Source: Eledone cirrhosa | Lineage: Eukaryota | Length of the DNA: 64,000 nucleotides | Assembly: GCA_964016885.1 (NCBI GenBank) | Contig: CAXHJY010001669.1 | Coordinates: forward strand, 186,001-250,000 | Reading direction: 5' to 3' | Shown: positions 1 to 10,927 of the stretch, piece after piece | Layout: the number at the start of each line of letters is the position of its first letter | Numbering within the stretch: the first letter of the stretch is position 1 | Program-made: the position numbers and the translations under genes | The notes under the pieces: model-generated | Database searches by the model: none | What the model was told of the DNA's origin: nothing | The model's input: the letters and a program-made list of their open reading frames with translations, nothing else

Positions 1-177
1 AAAGAAATCACCAAAATTGGTAGAGAAATGTGGAAATGCATAAAAATCACACACACACACACACAGACATCTTCCTTTATATATATATATTTATATATAC
101 ATACATATATATATATATATATGTATGTATATATGTATATATGTATATATGTATATATGTATATATATATATATAAT

Positions 178-440
178 GGAAAATTAAAACGGGAACAAAA
201 CAGAGAGGCAGTACAACGAATGTTTATTAATTTCACGCTCTGGTGAGTGGGGTGGTGGTGGGGAACGACGTTTCGGGCATAAGCCCTTCCTCAGGTGAGA
301 AGTGTGTGGGAAGAGAGTTCAAAGGGTGTGTAGGGGTGGGGGTGGGGTGGAGAGACATATAGCGAAAAGGGGGTGGGAGGAAACGGTGCGAATGAAATTA
401 AAAATAAAAATAAAAATAAAGCATGATCAAAATAAAATGA
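178..440 (-). mobile_element. PLE 3' end/pLTR remnant, related to the end of the 30465-32830 element
   Basis: Reverse complement resembles 32640-32830 and carries the same HHR stem II (GGGC-TTAT-GCCC); abuts (TA)n. Confidence 0.6.
264..297 (-). ncRNA. Minimal type-I hammerhead ribozyme motif
   Basis: Minus strand CTGAGGA-A-GGGC(TTAT)GCCC-GAAA-CG-TC; stem I is only about 2 bp. Confidence 0.65.
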
Positions 441-444
441 AATG

Positions 445-478
<34 letters not shown>

Positions 479-1198
479 TTAAAGTATATGATAAACACGA
501 AATGTGTTTACATTGCAACAGACAAAGTTAGCTATTAATGAAATAAACTAATAAAAGTGAATACAATTTGTCTGTCTCGATACAAGTCAATAAAGACAAG
601 CTTATATTGGCAACTGCCATGATTCCTGGACATATTTAAATTTCAAAATTCAAACCTGTTCTGTAGACGAATTTGAACCTCGAAACCCAAATAAGTTTCG
701 CAATGGTGGAATGTGAATTGAAAAATAAAGAGAATCGAAATGGAATAGAAATAAAAGAGTGAAATATCCAAATCATCTGTGCATATCAACAGGAATCCAG
801 TAAGATTAGTCTATCTCACATCAAAATTTTTGCAGGACTGACTACACATGGGTAGGCAGGCCAAAACTAGCTATCCCACATTCACGGTGCTAGAAATAAC
901 AGCCGCTTATGCAGGATTAAGGATCAGCTCTTACAATAAAGGAGCTATACATTATATTATATTTTGAGAATAAACTCTCAGTCGTTTACAATAATTAAGC
1001 TCCAGGAAGGGGCTCTTCCGATATATATATATATATATATATTCAGGTTTGAGGTTCACCACTGTATAGAGCTGGTCTATTCCGTATGGTCAATCGTAAT
1101 GCAATAATATAGAGAGTACTCAACGTAAAGCAGTTCAACCGTCTTTGTTTTTGTAGTTGGTGGTGCTATTACGGAGTTAAATATTATATCATTTCATT

Positions 1199-1271
<73 letters not shown>

Positions 1272-1432
1272 CAGTGAAATTCCGTTATAACGAAAAAATA
1301 ATTCGTTGTAATAAAAAATTCTTTATAACGATATCGACCTAACACATCGAGCCTGTGGCCGGGAATTGAAAAGAATTTCGTTATACTGAAAAATCCGTTA
1401 TAATGGTATACGTTATAACGGAATTTTACCTG
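1272..1432. mobile_element. MITE, pogo/Tigger-like
   Basis: Imperfect TIRs CAGTGAAATTCCGTTATAACG / CGTTATAACGGAATTTTACCTG in a TA-rich context. Confidence 0.7.
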
Positions 1433-1507
1433 TATATATATATATATATGCGCCTCAACATCCATCCGAAAGAAATTTATAAATAATGAATCTAACCAAT
1501 TTTATTT

Positions 1508-1567
1508 GACATTTCCGATGATTTCATACGAATGAAACAATTCTAGTTCTTTTGTTCTATAGAAGTC
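1508..1567 (+). ncRNA. Degenerate hammerhead motif, orphan family copy 1
   Basis: CCGATGA-TTTC(ATAC)GAAT-GAAA-CAATTCTAG...TA-GAAGTC; similar to 26484 and 37180. Confidence 0.45.
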
Positions 1568-1589
1568 ACTTCTATGTAAAATAAATGTG

Positions 1590-2131
1590 CTTATTCTTTA
1601 CTAACGGGATAACATCTTCAATTATATATATTATTAAGTTCAATATCTTGATAGTGGACCTACTAAGTGTGATGAAAATATGTTCCGCATATGTGATCCA
1701 ATATAGAGATAGAATCAGGGTGTACAAAAGAGCTATAAGCAAAATTTAAAACCATCATAGAAAATGACGCGAATGAGATTTGCCCACTATACAGATCATG
1801 GAATATTATAGGTCATGGAATATTATAGATCATGGAATATTATAGATCATGGAATATTATAGATCATGGAATATTATAGATCATGGAATATTATAGATCA
1901 TGGAATATTATAAAAAGGACTAAGAGGAAAATAGGGAAAGTCAATTCATAGTATGACAACAACAAATACTAGAGTGTCATATTCGTCGACGCTACCCCTA
2001 GAGGCGAACTAGCGAATTGATTTAGGAGAGCCTTACATAAACTGTACCTAAGAATTAAAGTAGTAGAAAAGCCAGGAACTCTCATAAAATCAATGATCGG
2101 CAGAAATATCTTTTTAAGAAATCCCCCTGTG

Positions 2132-2209
<78 letters not shown>

Positions 2210-2640
2210 TGTATAGTATGTAAGGTAAGCCTGCAGGTAAAATGCAAAACCAGAAATGTAGTCTATAGGATAAAGTGTACAGAGGCACGTTGCAGAGAGA
2301 CGACAACGCCATATATAGGAGAGATTGTCAGTAGCATAGGAGAGAGATTGGAGGGACACTGGTGAGGACTCAAAGAGTAGAAACGCTCGTCAGTGATATA
2401 CCAACATGCCAAACTACAACATAGGAGCTCCATAGATAGCATAGAAGTAAAGATCCTATCCACATATAGAACCGACACAACATCCAAACAAATTGAGAAG
2501 GTCACACATATAATAGAAAGTAGAGAGAACCTCAGCAGAAAACACGAGTGGAATAGCAACAGCGCCACCACACATCATAACGACTGGGGACAGAATAGGA
2601 CACATAAAAAAGGAAAAAAAACATAGGAAGACACACAGAA
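1590..2640 (+). pseudogene. Decayed PLE 3' fragment (RT thumb, Cys linker, GIY-YIG endonuclease)
   Basis: Peptides CKTRNVVYRIKC, YIGEIVSSIGERLEGHW and LSRKHEWN match the PLEs at 48 kb and 61-62 kb; interrupted by stops, a minisatellite and (CA)n. Confidence 0.85.
1793..1912. repeat. 17-bp minisatellite (AGATCATGGAATATTAT) x7
   Basis: Tandem units read directly. Confidence 0.9.
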
Positions 2641-2734
2641 AAATAGAGATTCAACCCCCTCCCCACACAGTGCACCTACCACTTCTTCTGGTGCTAGTCA
2701 TTGTACCAAACCATATACACCAATCATTATCTAA

Positions 2735-2985
2735 AGTCTAAAGTCTGTCTTAAGCCAGAAGGCTCATTTGGCCGTTGCTTATTCCGGTTTCATGGTGTAA
2801 AGCGACTGAGAGTACAGGAATCCCCTTGGACAGGACGCCAGTCCATCGCAGGGTTAACCCCCCAGCTATTGCTGGAGCAACGTGAAATGATGTTTTGTTC
2901 AAGAATACGACACACAACCCAGAAAAATCGAACCCACGACATTATCGTAAGTCCAACACCCTTATCACTAGGCCACGTGCCTCCA
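2735..2985 (-). mobile_element. tRNA-derived SINE
   Basis: Minus strand begins GGAGGCACGTGGCCTAGTG (A box) and has GGTTCGATT (B box), followed by a SINE-like body. Confidence 0.7.
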
Positions 2986-3014
2986 CCCCAATCACTATAA
3001 GTGATATCAAATAA

Positions 3015-3015
<1 letters not shown>

Positions 3016-3045
<30 letters not shown>

Positions 3046-3250
3046 CTTCTTCTTCTTCTTCTTCTTCTTCTTCTTCTTCTTCTTCTTCTTCACGAACTGG
3101 GTCGTCGGGGAAGAGTACTCAGACTCGCCTTCACGAGGATCCTATCAGAAGCAACCATCTCTAATTGATCTGCCTGGATCCACATAGGAGACCAACCTAG
3201 CCCTGGGTCTCCTGCCGGTTGGTTTTACCCGAAATAATGTCCAGCGATTC
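3016..3250 (-). mobile_element. LINE 3' remnant with (GAA)n tail
   Basis: (TTC)n at 3016-3091 next to a GRRPR-like C-terminal peptide on the minus strand. Confidence 0.4.
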
Positions 3251-3756
3251 TTTTCTTAAAAATGCTGGAAATTAAATGGTGCGTGGGACAAAAAAAATAC
3301 AATATTTGTGAATGTTGTTACATAACTGGCTGACTGAGGAAAGCTGAATCTGTTTAATGTTTAAGTATATATACTTATTCTCCTTTGACATATCTTAGTC
3401 CCTTATAAATAATGACCCCCTTTTTTTTAAATTAACCCCTCTTTTTGATAATCTTATTCTAAGCGAATTTGAAATTATGAGACAGTTGGAAGCCTCATCG
3501 AATTTTTTACTGTTCATTTTTCCATTATATGCCCTATTATTTTCAGTTTTTCTATAGACAAGAAATTCGATGATACTTCTAATTTTCTCATAAATTTCAC
3601 TCTTATCTAAATTGATATTAAATGCTAATAACGTAAATACATAATCTTGAAAGTGATATAAGGCTAAACAATGCATGCAAAATGGACGGTAAGATGAAGG
3701 TAACGAAAAAGTAAGTTTTGTTCTTTTTTTTGTTGTTGTTGCTGTTGTTTCATTCG

Positions 3757-3795
3757 TCCTAATATTTGGGGACTTAAAATTCCCTTCTTCAGGGT
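3757..3795 (-). ncRNA. Degenerate hammerhead motif
   Basis: CTGAAGA-A-GGGA(ATTTTAAG)TCCC-CAAA; the GAAA box is mutated to CAAA. Confidence 0.4.
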
Positions 3796-4515
3796 ATAAG
3801 GAACTTTCAGACAAAAAACTCCGTAAATACATATTTCAAATCTCTAAGTTATACATAACTCTAATTTAAATTTATTCTATTGGTTCATAGAAATGATTTT
3901 GATCAATTTATTAATGATTAGTAATTGGTGATTATTAATGATTGATAAATAATTACTAATTGGTAGTTGATAATTATTAATTTATAATTGATGGTTGCTG
4001 ATTATTATTTATTAATTAATATTTTTCTGTGTTTTGATTACTGACCCCTTTTATTATTCCGTTAATAATTTTCTATTGATAAGTAATTATAAACTATTAA
4101 TTTATTGATATTAATATAAAACACACACACACACACATACGCGTATGCACACACACACACACTCTCTCTCTCTCACACACACACACACACATATATATAT
4201 TATATATATTTATTTATTTATTGATATAAATACAAAACACACACACACACACACACACACACAAATACACACACTAATATATATATATATATATATTTCG
4301 TTTCTGGATTTGTTTAGCAAGATTCTTTATCTGAAAACGTGTGTTGAAACCGATATTGTTATACTTTGGGAGGGTCATGTTGCCAATAAGAAACACACGC
4401 ACCAGTTGCTTTCACTTCAATTTATTATAAATTAAATTATAAATTTAAAAATTTATAAATTTCCGGTTCCATAACCGGACGGTTGGTACCATAACCGGAC
4501 GGTTGTTCATATATT

Positions 4516-4558
4516 GTCAAAGTTCTTTCGTCACACATTCTGTGACCTCTTCAGTGAC
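4516..4558 (-). ncRNA. Type-I hammerhead ribozyme, PLE family A
   Basis: GTCA-CTGAAGA-GGTCAC(AGAATGT)GTGAC-GAAA-G-AA-CTT-TGAC; stem I GTCA/TGAC. Confidence 0.75.
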
Positions 4559-4895
4559 TGGGGATTCTTTTCTTTGTTTTGTGCCTCTCCTTTGTTCTGT
4601 CCTACGCCATCTTGTTTTGTACGTGTTGTGTGCTTAGTTTGCACATCCGGGTATCTGCGTATGTTTTTATTTGTTTATTTATTTGTTTATTTACATGTTA
4701 CTAGTTGGTTCTTTGTTTTCATTTTGTCGTTAATTGTAAGTTGTGATGTTGCTATTCCATTCATGTTTTCTATTTAATTTTGGTTGCAGTTCATTTATGT
4801 TTATTGCCTCTGTGATTTGTCTAAACATTGCGTCTTTTCTGTGTGTAGATTCTATTTTTATTTCTATGTTCTCTAAACAAAGAAAAGAATCCCTA

Positions 4896-4938
4896 GTCAC
4901 TGAAGAGGTCACAGAATGTGTGACGAAAGAACTTTGAC
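4896..4938 (+). ncRNA. Type-I hammerhead ribozyme, PLE family A
   Basis: Same motif as 4516-4558 on the plus strand. Confidence 0.75.
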
Positions 4939-5085
4939 AATATATGAACAACCGTCCGGTTGTAGAACCAACCAACCAACCGGAAATTTATAAATTTTTA
5001 AATTTATAATTTAATTTATAATAAATTGAAGTGAAAGCAACTGGTGCGTGTGTTTCTTATTGGCAACATGACCCTCCCAAAGTAT

Positions 5086-5122
<37 letters not shown>

Positions 5123-5388
5123 CACACACACTTTATTAAAATATTCAATATTTTTCTAGTATATTCCTTTAGAAATCTGCACATTTATTTATCTATCGTT
5201 AACTGTACAATTTCATAATTAATCACTTATAAGTCATACACTGAGCTTCCCTTGCGCTTTACCTCACTGTCTCTCCCCACTCTCTCTCTATATAACGTTA
5301 CCTAATTCTAGTAAGAACAAAATCACCACTTTTAAAAAAAAATTTAGCGTCGCTTAATTTAACGGCTTAAAAATATATTCTTTTTCAA

Positions 5389-5572
5389 TCTAAACTATAA
5401 TAAAGGAAGGTCTGCGGGACTGCGTACGGTTTATTTCTTTTAATCCAGTTAGTAAAATAAGTTGGATTACTTTGAATAAATAATGAATGAATATTACATA
5501 ATTTATGTACTAAATTTCGTAAACATAAATAATTTAAAATTGACTTCTTTTCAAAGTTGCACTTCCGGTATA
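5389..5572 (+). mobile_element. Probable Helitron 5' remnant
   Basis: A|TCTAAACTATAATAAAG...TGCGTACGGTTTAT shared with 14325. Confidence 0.45.
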
Positions 5573-5939
5573 TCGTCGCCATCACCACCACTTCAACTAC
5601 CATATCTATAGAGAGAGTGTGTGATGAGAGAGATAGAGAGATTATGTTTTTCTATACGCTGACGCGTATGAGTGTGCACATACATACATCTATATGTATG
5701 AGTATATAACTATATGAGTATATAACTATAATCGCGCAAACACAAAATTATAAAAATACACCCTCACGGACATAATTCACACAAATACACATACATTCAC
5801 TCAAACATACATACATTTACACAAACATTTACACACATACATTCACACAAACATACATACATTTACACAAACACACACATAGTCATGATAGCAGCGTTCG
5901 GTGAAATTGGAAATGGGAGGGTAAAAGAGGTATAACGTT

Positions 5940-6530
5940 TTATTTATTTATTAACTCTTTTTTTTTTTAACTCGTTTACTATAATGGTTACAGAACGAAA
6001 ACACTAACAAATATAATATATACAAAGGAAAGGGAAAAGAAACAAAGAAAGAGAAAAAATACACAAGCAGGTAATACACACATCTTAGGCCAAAGATTGC
6101 AGGCGAAAGATTTGGAAAAGCCAGTCGCTACCAGAGCAAAAGATAGCAATATAGCGAGGAGCACTGGGAAACCTCTCTAATAATTTTTGAGGCAGGCCAG
6201 CACGCTCTCAGAGTTACCTGGGGTGATGGCGAGGCTGAGGTGCTGGAACAACCAAGTGCCCTCACGAGCATCACCAGTTACCTCTGTTTGGCGAGCCGCC
6301 AGTGAAGATAAGAATCTCGCTGTCAGTAGCCCGACTCCCTCGAACGCCAAAGGCTGGATAATGTAGTTAGTTGACAGAACACGGTATTTTAGGATTTTGT
6401 TCCGTTCAGCTGCGGATGCTGTAGCTCTCACCCTTACCGCTGCATCCAGGATGTGGGAAGAAGCAAAATAGTCACTAACTGTGACATCCCAGGAGCACAG
6501 AGTAAGACCGTCAAGTCTTTTCCCATCAAT
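5940..6530 (-). mobile_element. CRE-like non-LTR retrotransposon 3' fragment (restriction-like endonuclease)
   Basis: Minus-strand DGKRLDGLTL..WDVTV and AERNKILKY...QPLAFE...FQHLSLAI..GNS motifs. Confidence 0.7.
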
Positions 6531-6714
6531 TCAGGAAAACCCAGACGATTCCAAAATTGAGGGGATGTTTGCGTGGTAATAGGACAGTGTGTGTATGTGC
6601 ACGCGCGAGTTTGTCGGTGTTCTTAAAGACGTGTGTGTGTGTCACTGTTTTACACACACATACATTCACACAAACACACATACATATTGCGTGATGGACG
6701 GGTGGACAGAAGTC

Positions 6715-7145
6715 CCTCAAATTTATATACATGTAAATGAAGTTCTACTGAAGCAGTTAGAGAAGTTCAAGTATCTTGGAGCCGTGTTCATGAGTGATGG
6801 AATGCAGGAGGCTGAATTAAGTGCAAGAATTACAAAAGCTGATGCAGTAAAGCGCCAGCTTCAGCAATCAGAATAAGGGGGGGGGGGGGTAGGTGTAAAA
6901 GCCAAACTCGCTGTCTTCCTGGTATTCCTGCCAACTCTTACCGAGGATCATGAATCTTGAGTAATGACCAAAAGAATACAATTGCAAATAAAAGTGGCAG
7001 AAATGGGATTACTCGATAAAGTGAATACTCAGAGACCAGAGAGTCACTTCTGGTAGAGCCGCTACTTCTCTGAATTGAGAGATCACAACTCCGATATTAT
7101 GAGCATGTAGTTAGAATGTCTCAGTAAAGAATCGCTGGACGCATA
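6715..7145 (+). mobile_element. RTE-clade LINE fragment
   Basis: LKQLEKFKYLGAVFMSDG...ELSARITKA, the post-RT region; decayed. Confidence 0.75.
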
Positions 7146-7149
7146 ATAA

Positions 7150-7392
7150 ATAATTATGGTGGGTAATATGGTGGGTAAAATGATTGTTGTGGGTAAGTTG
7201 TGGGTAAAATGATTATTATGGGTAAAATGGTGGGTAAAATAATATAGTGGGTAAGTGGTGGGTAAAATAATTACTGTGGGTAAAATGATTATTGTGGGTA
7301 AAGTAGTGGGTTAAATAATTATTGTGGGTAAAATAGTAGGCAAAATAATGATTGTGGGTAAAATAGTAGACAAAATAATTATTGTGGGTAAA
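7150..7392. repeat. GTGGGTAAAA-based minisatellite, about 30-bp (12+18) units, left part
   Basis: Alternating GTGGGTAAAATG and GTGGGTAAAATAATTATT units. Confidence 0.85.
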
Positions 7393-8460
7393 AGACGGAC
7401 TCCCTCTCCAATAAAAAAGAGACCCCTCAAAATAAAAAACGCCCCCCCCCCAAATAAAAAACGGACGACCGCCGAAATAAAAAACGGACCGCCAAATAAA
7501 AGACGAACCCCCAAATAAAAAACGGATCCCCCCAAATAAAAAACGGACTCCCAAATAAAAAAACCGATCCCGCCCAAATAAAAAAACGGACCTCCAAATA
7601 AAAAATAGACCCCCCCCCTCGCAAATAAAAAACGGATCCTCCCAAATAAAAAATGGACCCCCAAATAAAAACGGACCCCCCGCCCAAATAAAAAACGGAC
7701 CTCCCCAAATAAAAAATGGATCCGCCCCAAATAAAAAACGGATCCCCCCAAATAAAAAACGGATAACCCCAAATAAAAAACGGATCCCCCCAAATAAAAA
7801 AAGGATCTTCCCCAAATAAAAAACGGACCTCCCCAAATAAAAAATGGATCCGCCCCAAATAAAAAACGGATCCCCCCAAATAAAAAACGGATAACCCCAA
7901 ATAAAAAACGGATCCCCCCAAATAAAAAACGGACCCCCCCCCCAAATAAAAAACGGACCCCCCCCCCAAATAAAAAACGGACCCCCAAATAAAAAATGGA
8001 TCCGCCCCAAATAAAAAACGGACCCCCCAAATAAAAAACGGATCCCTCCAAATAAAAAACGGATCCCCCCAAATAAAAAACGGACCCCCCCAAATAAAAA
8101 ACGGACCCCCAAATAAAAAATGGATCCCCCCCAAATAAAAAACGGATCCCGCCCAAATAAAAAAAGGGACCTCCAAATAAAAAATTGGAGCCCCCCCCCA
8201 CCCCCGCAAATAAAAAACGGATCCTCCCAAATAAAAAACGGACCCCCAAATAAAAACGGACTCCCCGCCCAAATAAAATACGGACCTCCCCAAATAAAAA
8301 ATGGATCCGCCCCAAATAAAAAACGGATCCCCCCCCCAAATAAAAAACGCATCTCCCCAAATAAAAAATGGATCCCCCCCAAATAAAATACGGACCCCCC
8401 CAATAAAAATGCCCCCCCCCAAAAAAACAAACAGACTCTCCTCTCAAATAGAAAACGGAT
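7393..8460. repeat. About 20-23-bp minisatellite CCCCAAATAAAAAACGGA(T)
   Basis: Roughly 50 units; explains the repetitive FFIWGG/FLFGG/VFYLGG ORFs. Confidence 0.95.
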
Positions 8461-8640
8461 TATTGTGGGTAATGGTGGGTAAAATCATTACTATGGGTAG
8501 TGGTAGATAAAATAATTATGGTGGGTAAAATGGTGGGTAAAATAATTATTGTGGGTAAAGTGGTAGGTAAAAGGTAGGTAAAATAATGATTGTGGGTAAA
8601 GTGGTAGCTAAAATGATTATTGTGGGTAATGTAGTGGGTG
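8461..8640. repeat. GTGGGTAAAA-based minisatellite, right part
   Basis: Same units as 7150-7392. Confidence 0.85.
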
Positions 8641-9084
8641 AAATCAAGAAAGGGAGAAAGAGGGTAGGAAGTGGAGTAAAGAGGGGTAGGGAAAGAATGG
8701 GTTGGAAGAGGCAGAAGTGGAAGAAGGGGAGGAGAAACATAAAGGGAAGGAACGATGGAAAAGAGGAGGGAAGACAGCAGGTTAAAGAAATAGGGAAAGA
8801 GAGGTTAAAAAATTGGGAAAGAGGGATACGAAGTGTGAAAGTGTGGGAAAAGGCGGAAAAGGGTGTAATGAGGGAGAATCAACACCACGAGGTCAACCAC
8901 AAGACGAGGTCACGTAAAGTGATTTGTGTTTCTTTCACAAGAAATTTGAAGCAAAAGATACCAAGTAACCATATAACTTCAATAGCTCTTCATCATCGAC
9001 TCCGGGAGAAACTCTAGGACCAACCACCAATAAACACCCTGGTGGTCGGCAAACATGATCAACTGTCCTGTATATCTATGTTCA

Positions 9085-9350
9085 GATCTCCAGTCAGATT
9101 CTTAATCGAACACAGAAGTAGAAGTCAGTGTCATCCCGGCAAACGACCTCCGTTATAGAGAGGGGAGTCAGTGACAGCTGCCAATGATTCTACAATCAAA
9201 GCTTACAGGTACCGTACTCTCTCCCTCCACAGAGGCTCACAGTAATATACATGGACATTCACCGTCGCTGATGACCATCAGCCTATCATTGGAGCAGACT
9301 TCCTTCGGGCTCACTCACTGCTGGACGATAATCAGGAGAGACGATTCGTT
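9085..9350 (+). mobile_element. Gypsy-type LTR retrotransposon protease remnant
   Basis: Frameshifted FLI..EVSVIP, AANDSTIKAY and WTFTVADDHQPIIGADFLRAHSLL. Confidence 0.65.
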
Positions 9351-9380
9351 CGTTTAATGCTTGAAATAGCAGGAAGAGGG

Positions 9381-9416
9381 TCTTAACGTTTCGGACGCTA
9401 CTCTTTCATCAAAAGA
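9381..9416 (-). ncRNA. Degenerate hammerhead motif
   Basis: TCTT-TTGATGA-AAGAGTAGCGTCC-GAAA-CG-TT-AAGA; stem I TCTT/AAGA, C3 mutated to T. Confidence 0.45.
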
Positions 9417-9487
9417 AAGAATATAAATATATATACGAAATAAAAAGAAATCCAGTACACCATACATGTAGTTAACTGCAGTAATTA

Positions 9488-10927
9488 CACCGTGTAACAA
9501 AATTTTTTTTTCTCTCTGTTCCTGGCTTGTAATCACTTTTTTTGTGTTGCTTAGGTCCAAAATAAATAAAAAAAAGTGCTATTAAACAGTTAAAAGTTTG
9601 GGTTTGTAAAAATTCGAAGCAATTCACTAGAATTATTTGTATGCTGGATTTTACGTTGTATGTAAGTTTAATTTGCTTATGTTAAAGGATTTTTTTTATA
9701 TATGTTTCAGGTTAAATTAAAATTATAAAATAAAGAGTAAAACCTAAAGAAAATTATAAAAGTGCAATAAAGTATAAAATTGTTAAAAAGTGGATTAAAG
9801 AGATTTATTGATACTGGATTTTCGCACCCTGAATAAAGGGTAAGTTGTGTTTTAAGCACGAATTTTCATTAGTATGATTAGTGTTCTTTTATATTATTTA
9901 AATATGTATTTCCCTTTCCAATATTTATTTTGTATTGCATATCAAATTTATTTTCCAAGACAAATATTCTGATGAAGAGGAGGAGATGGATGCTGAGGAC
10001 TTGGATTACCTGCCTGCGGTACCAGAAAAAGTTCCTCACTTCCCAAACCAAAAAGAAGTCAATGACCAAGTCCAATGCAGAGCTATTCGTCTCCAGGATG
10101 AAGCAGTGGAACTTGGTCAAGGAGGAAGTGCAGGTGATAATTCAGAGAAGTCGACACGAACCTTTCTCAGGCTTTTACACTCTTAGGGATGGCCTCTGCT
10201 TCTGCCATGACGTGCCTGGACTGTTTGACGTTATTGGGGTGCCGTTTGTGCCCAAGGAGTGGCGGATATTTATAGACAGCTCCACCACAAGTTTGAAGGC
10301 TGTCCTCCTCCACAATGGAAACAAGTTCCCGACACTGCCCCTAACTCATTCAGTCTGCCTGAAGGAAGATTACTACAGTGTGAAAGTCCTCTTGGAAGCT
10401 CTGCAATACAACCAGTACAATTGGGAAATCATTGGAGACTTCAAGATGGTGGCTTTCCTGCTTCGACTCCAAGGAGGCTTTATCAAATTCCAATGCTTCC
10501 TCTGCCTTTGGGACAGCAGAGCCACTTCTGACCACTACAAAGCGAACAGAATTTGTAGTTGGGACCCAGAACGTCATGTGGGAGCCACTGGTTGGTCCCA
10601 GGATTGTGCTCATGCCGCCACTGCACATTAAGTTGGGGTTGATAAAGCAGTTTGTGAGGACTCTCAACCAAGAATCAGCCGCTTTTAAGTACCTTCTTGA
10701 GTTCTTCCCCAAGTTATCTGAGGCCCAAATCAAAGGTGGAGTTTTTGTTGGACCTCAGATAAAGAAGGTGTTTGAGTCTACCGAGTTCTCCAATAAGCTT
10801 AACAAGATTGAGAGAACAGCAAGGAACTGTTTCAAGGCAGTTGTTCAGGGCTTCCTGGGCAACTACAGAGCTGAAAACAACCAGCAACTGGTACAGGATC
10901 TGATAAAGGCTTTTGGCGCCATGGGAT
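9488..10927 (+). mobile_element. Chapaev3-like (CMC) DNA transposon, 3'-truncated
   Basis: TTA|CACCGTGTAACA terminus; transposase motifs WRIFIDSS, GDFKMVAFLL, CFLCLWDSR, PPLHIKLGL, FPKLSEAQIKGGVFVGPQI; frameshifted; family assignment from recall. Confidence 0.75.

Larger units (their letters stand above)
4295..5090. mobile_element. PLE family A termini in fold-back arrangement
   Basis: 4295-4877 is the minus-strand 3' end (QITEAININELQPKLNRKHEWN, near-identical to 48258-48400); 4878-5090 is the reverse complement of about 4357-4578; both ends abut (TA)n. Confidence 0.9.

Noticed and set aside
2350-2385. In-frame TGA in a PLE endonuclease as possible selenocysteine
   Set aside because: It aligns to CGA (Arg) in family A, so CpG decay is likelier; the copy has other stops.
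7216-8447. 300-400 aa Gly/Phe-rich ORFs in three frames
   Set aside because: Translation of a stop-free minisatellite.
7393-8460. CRISPR-like regular repeats
   Set aside because: No unique spacers, no cas genes, eukaryotic context.
10913-10927. Transposase-endonuclease fusion protein
   Set aside because: The two ORFs are in different frames and the transposase is already frameshifted.
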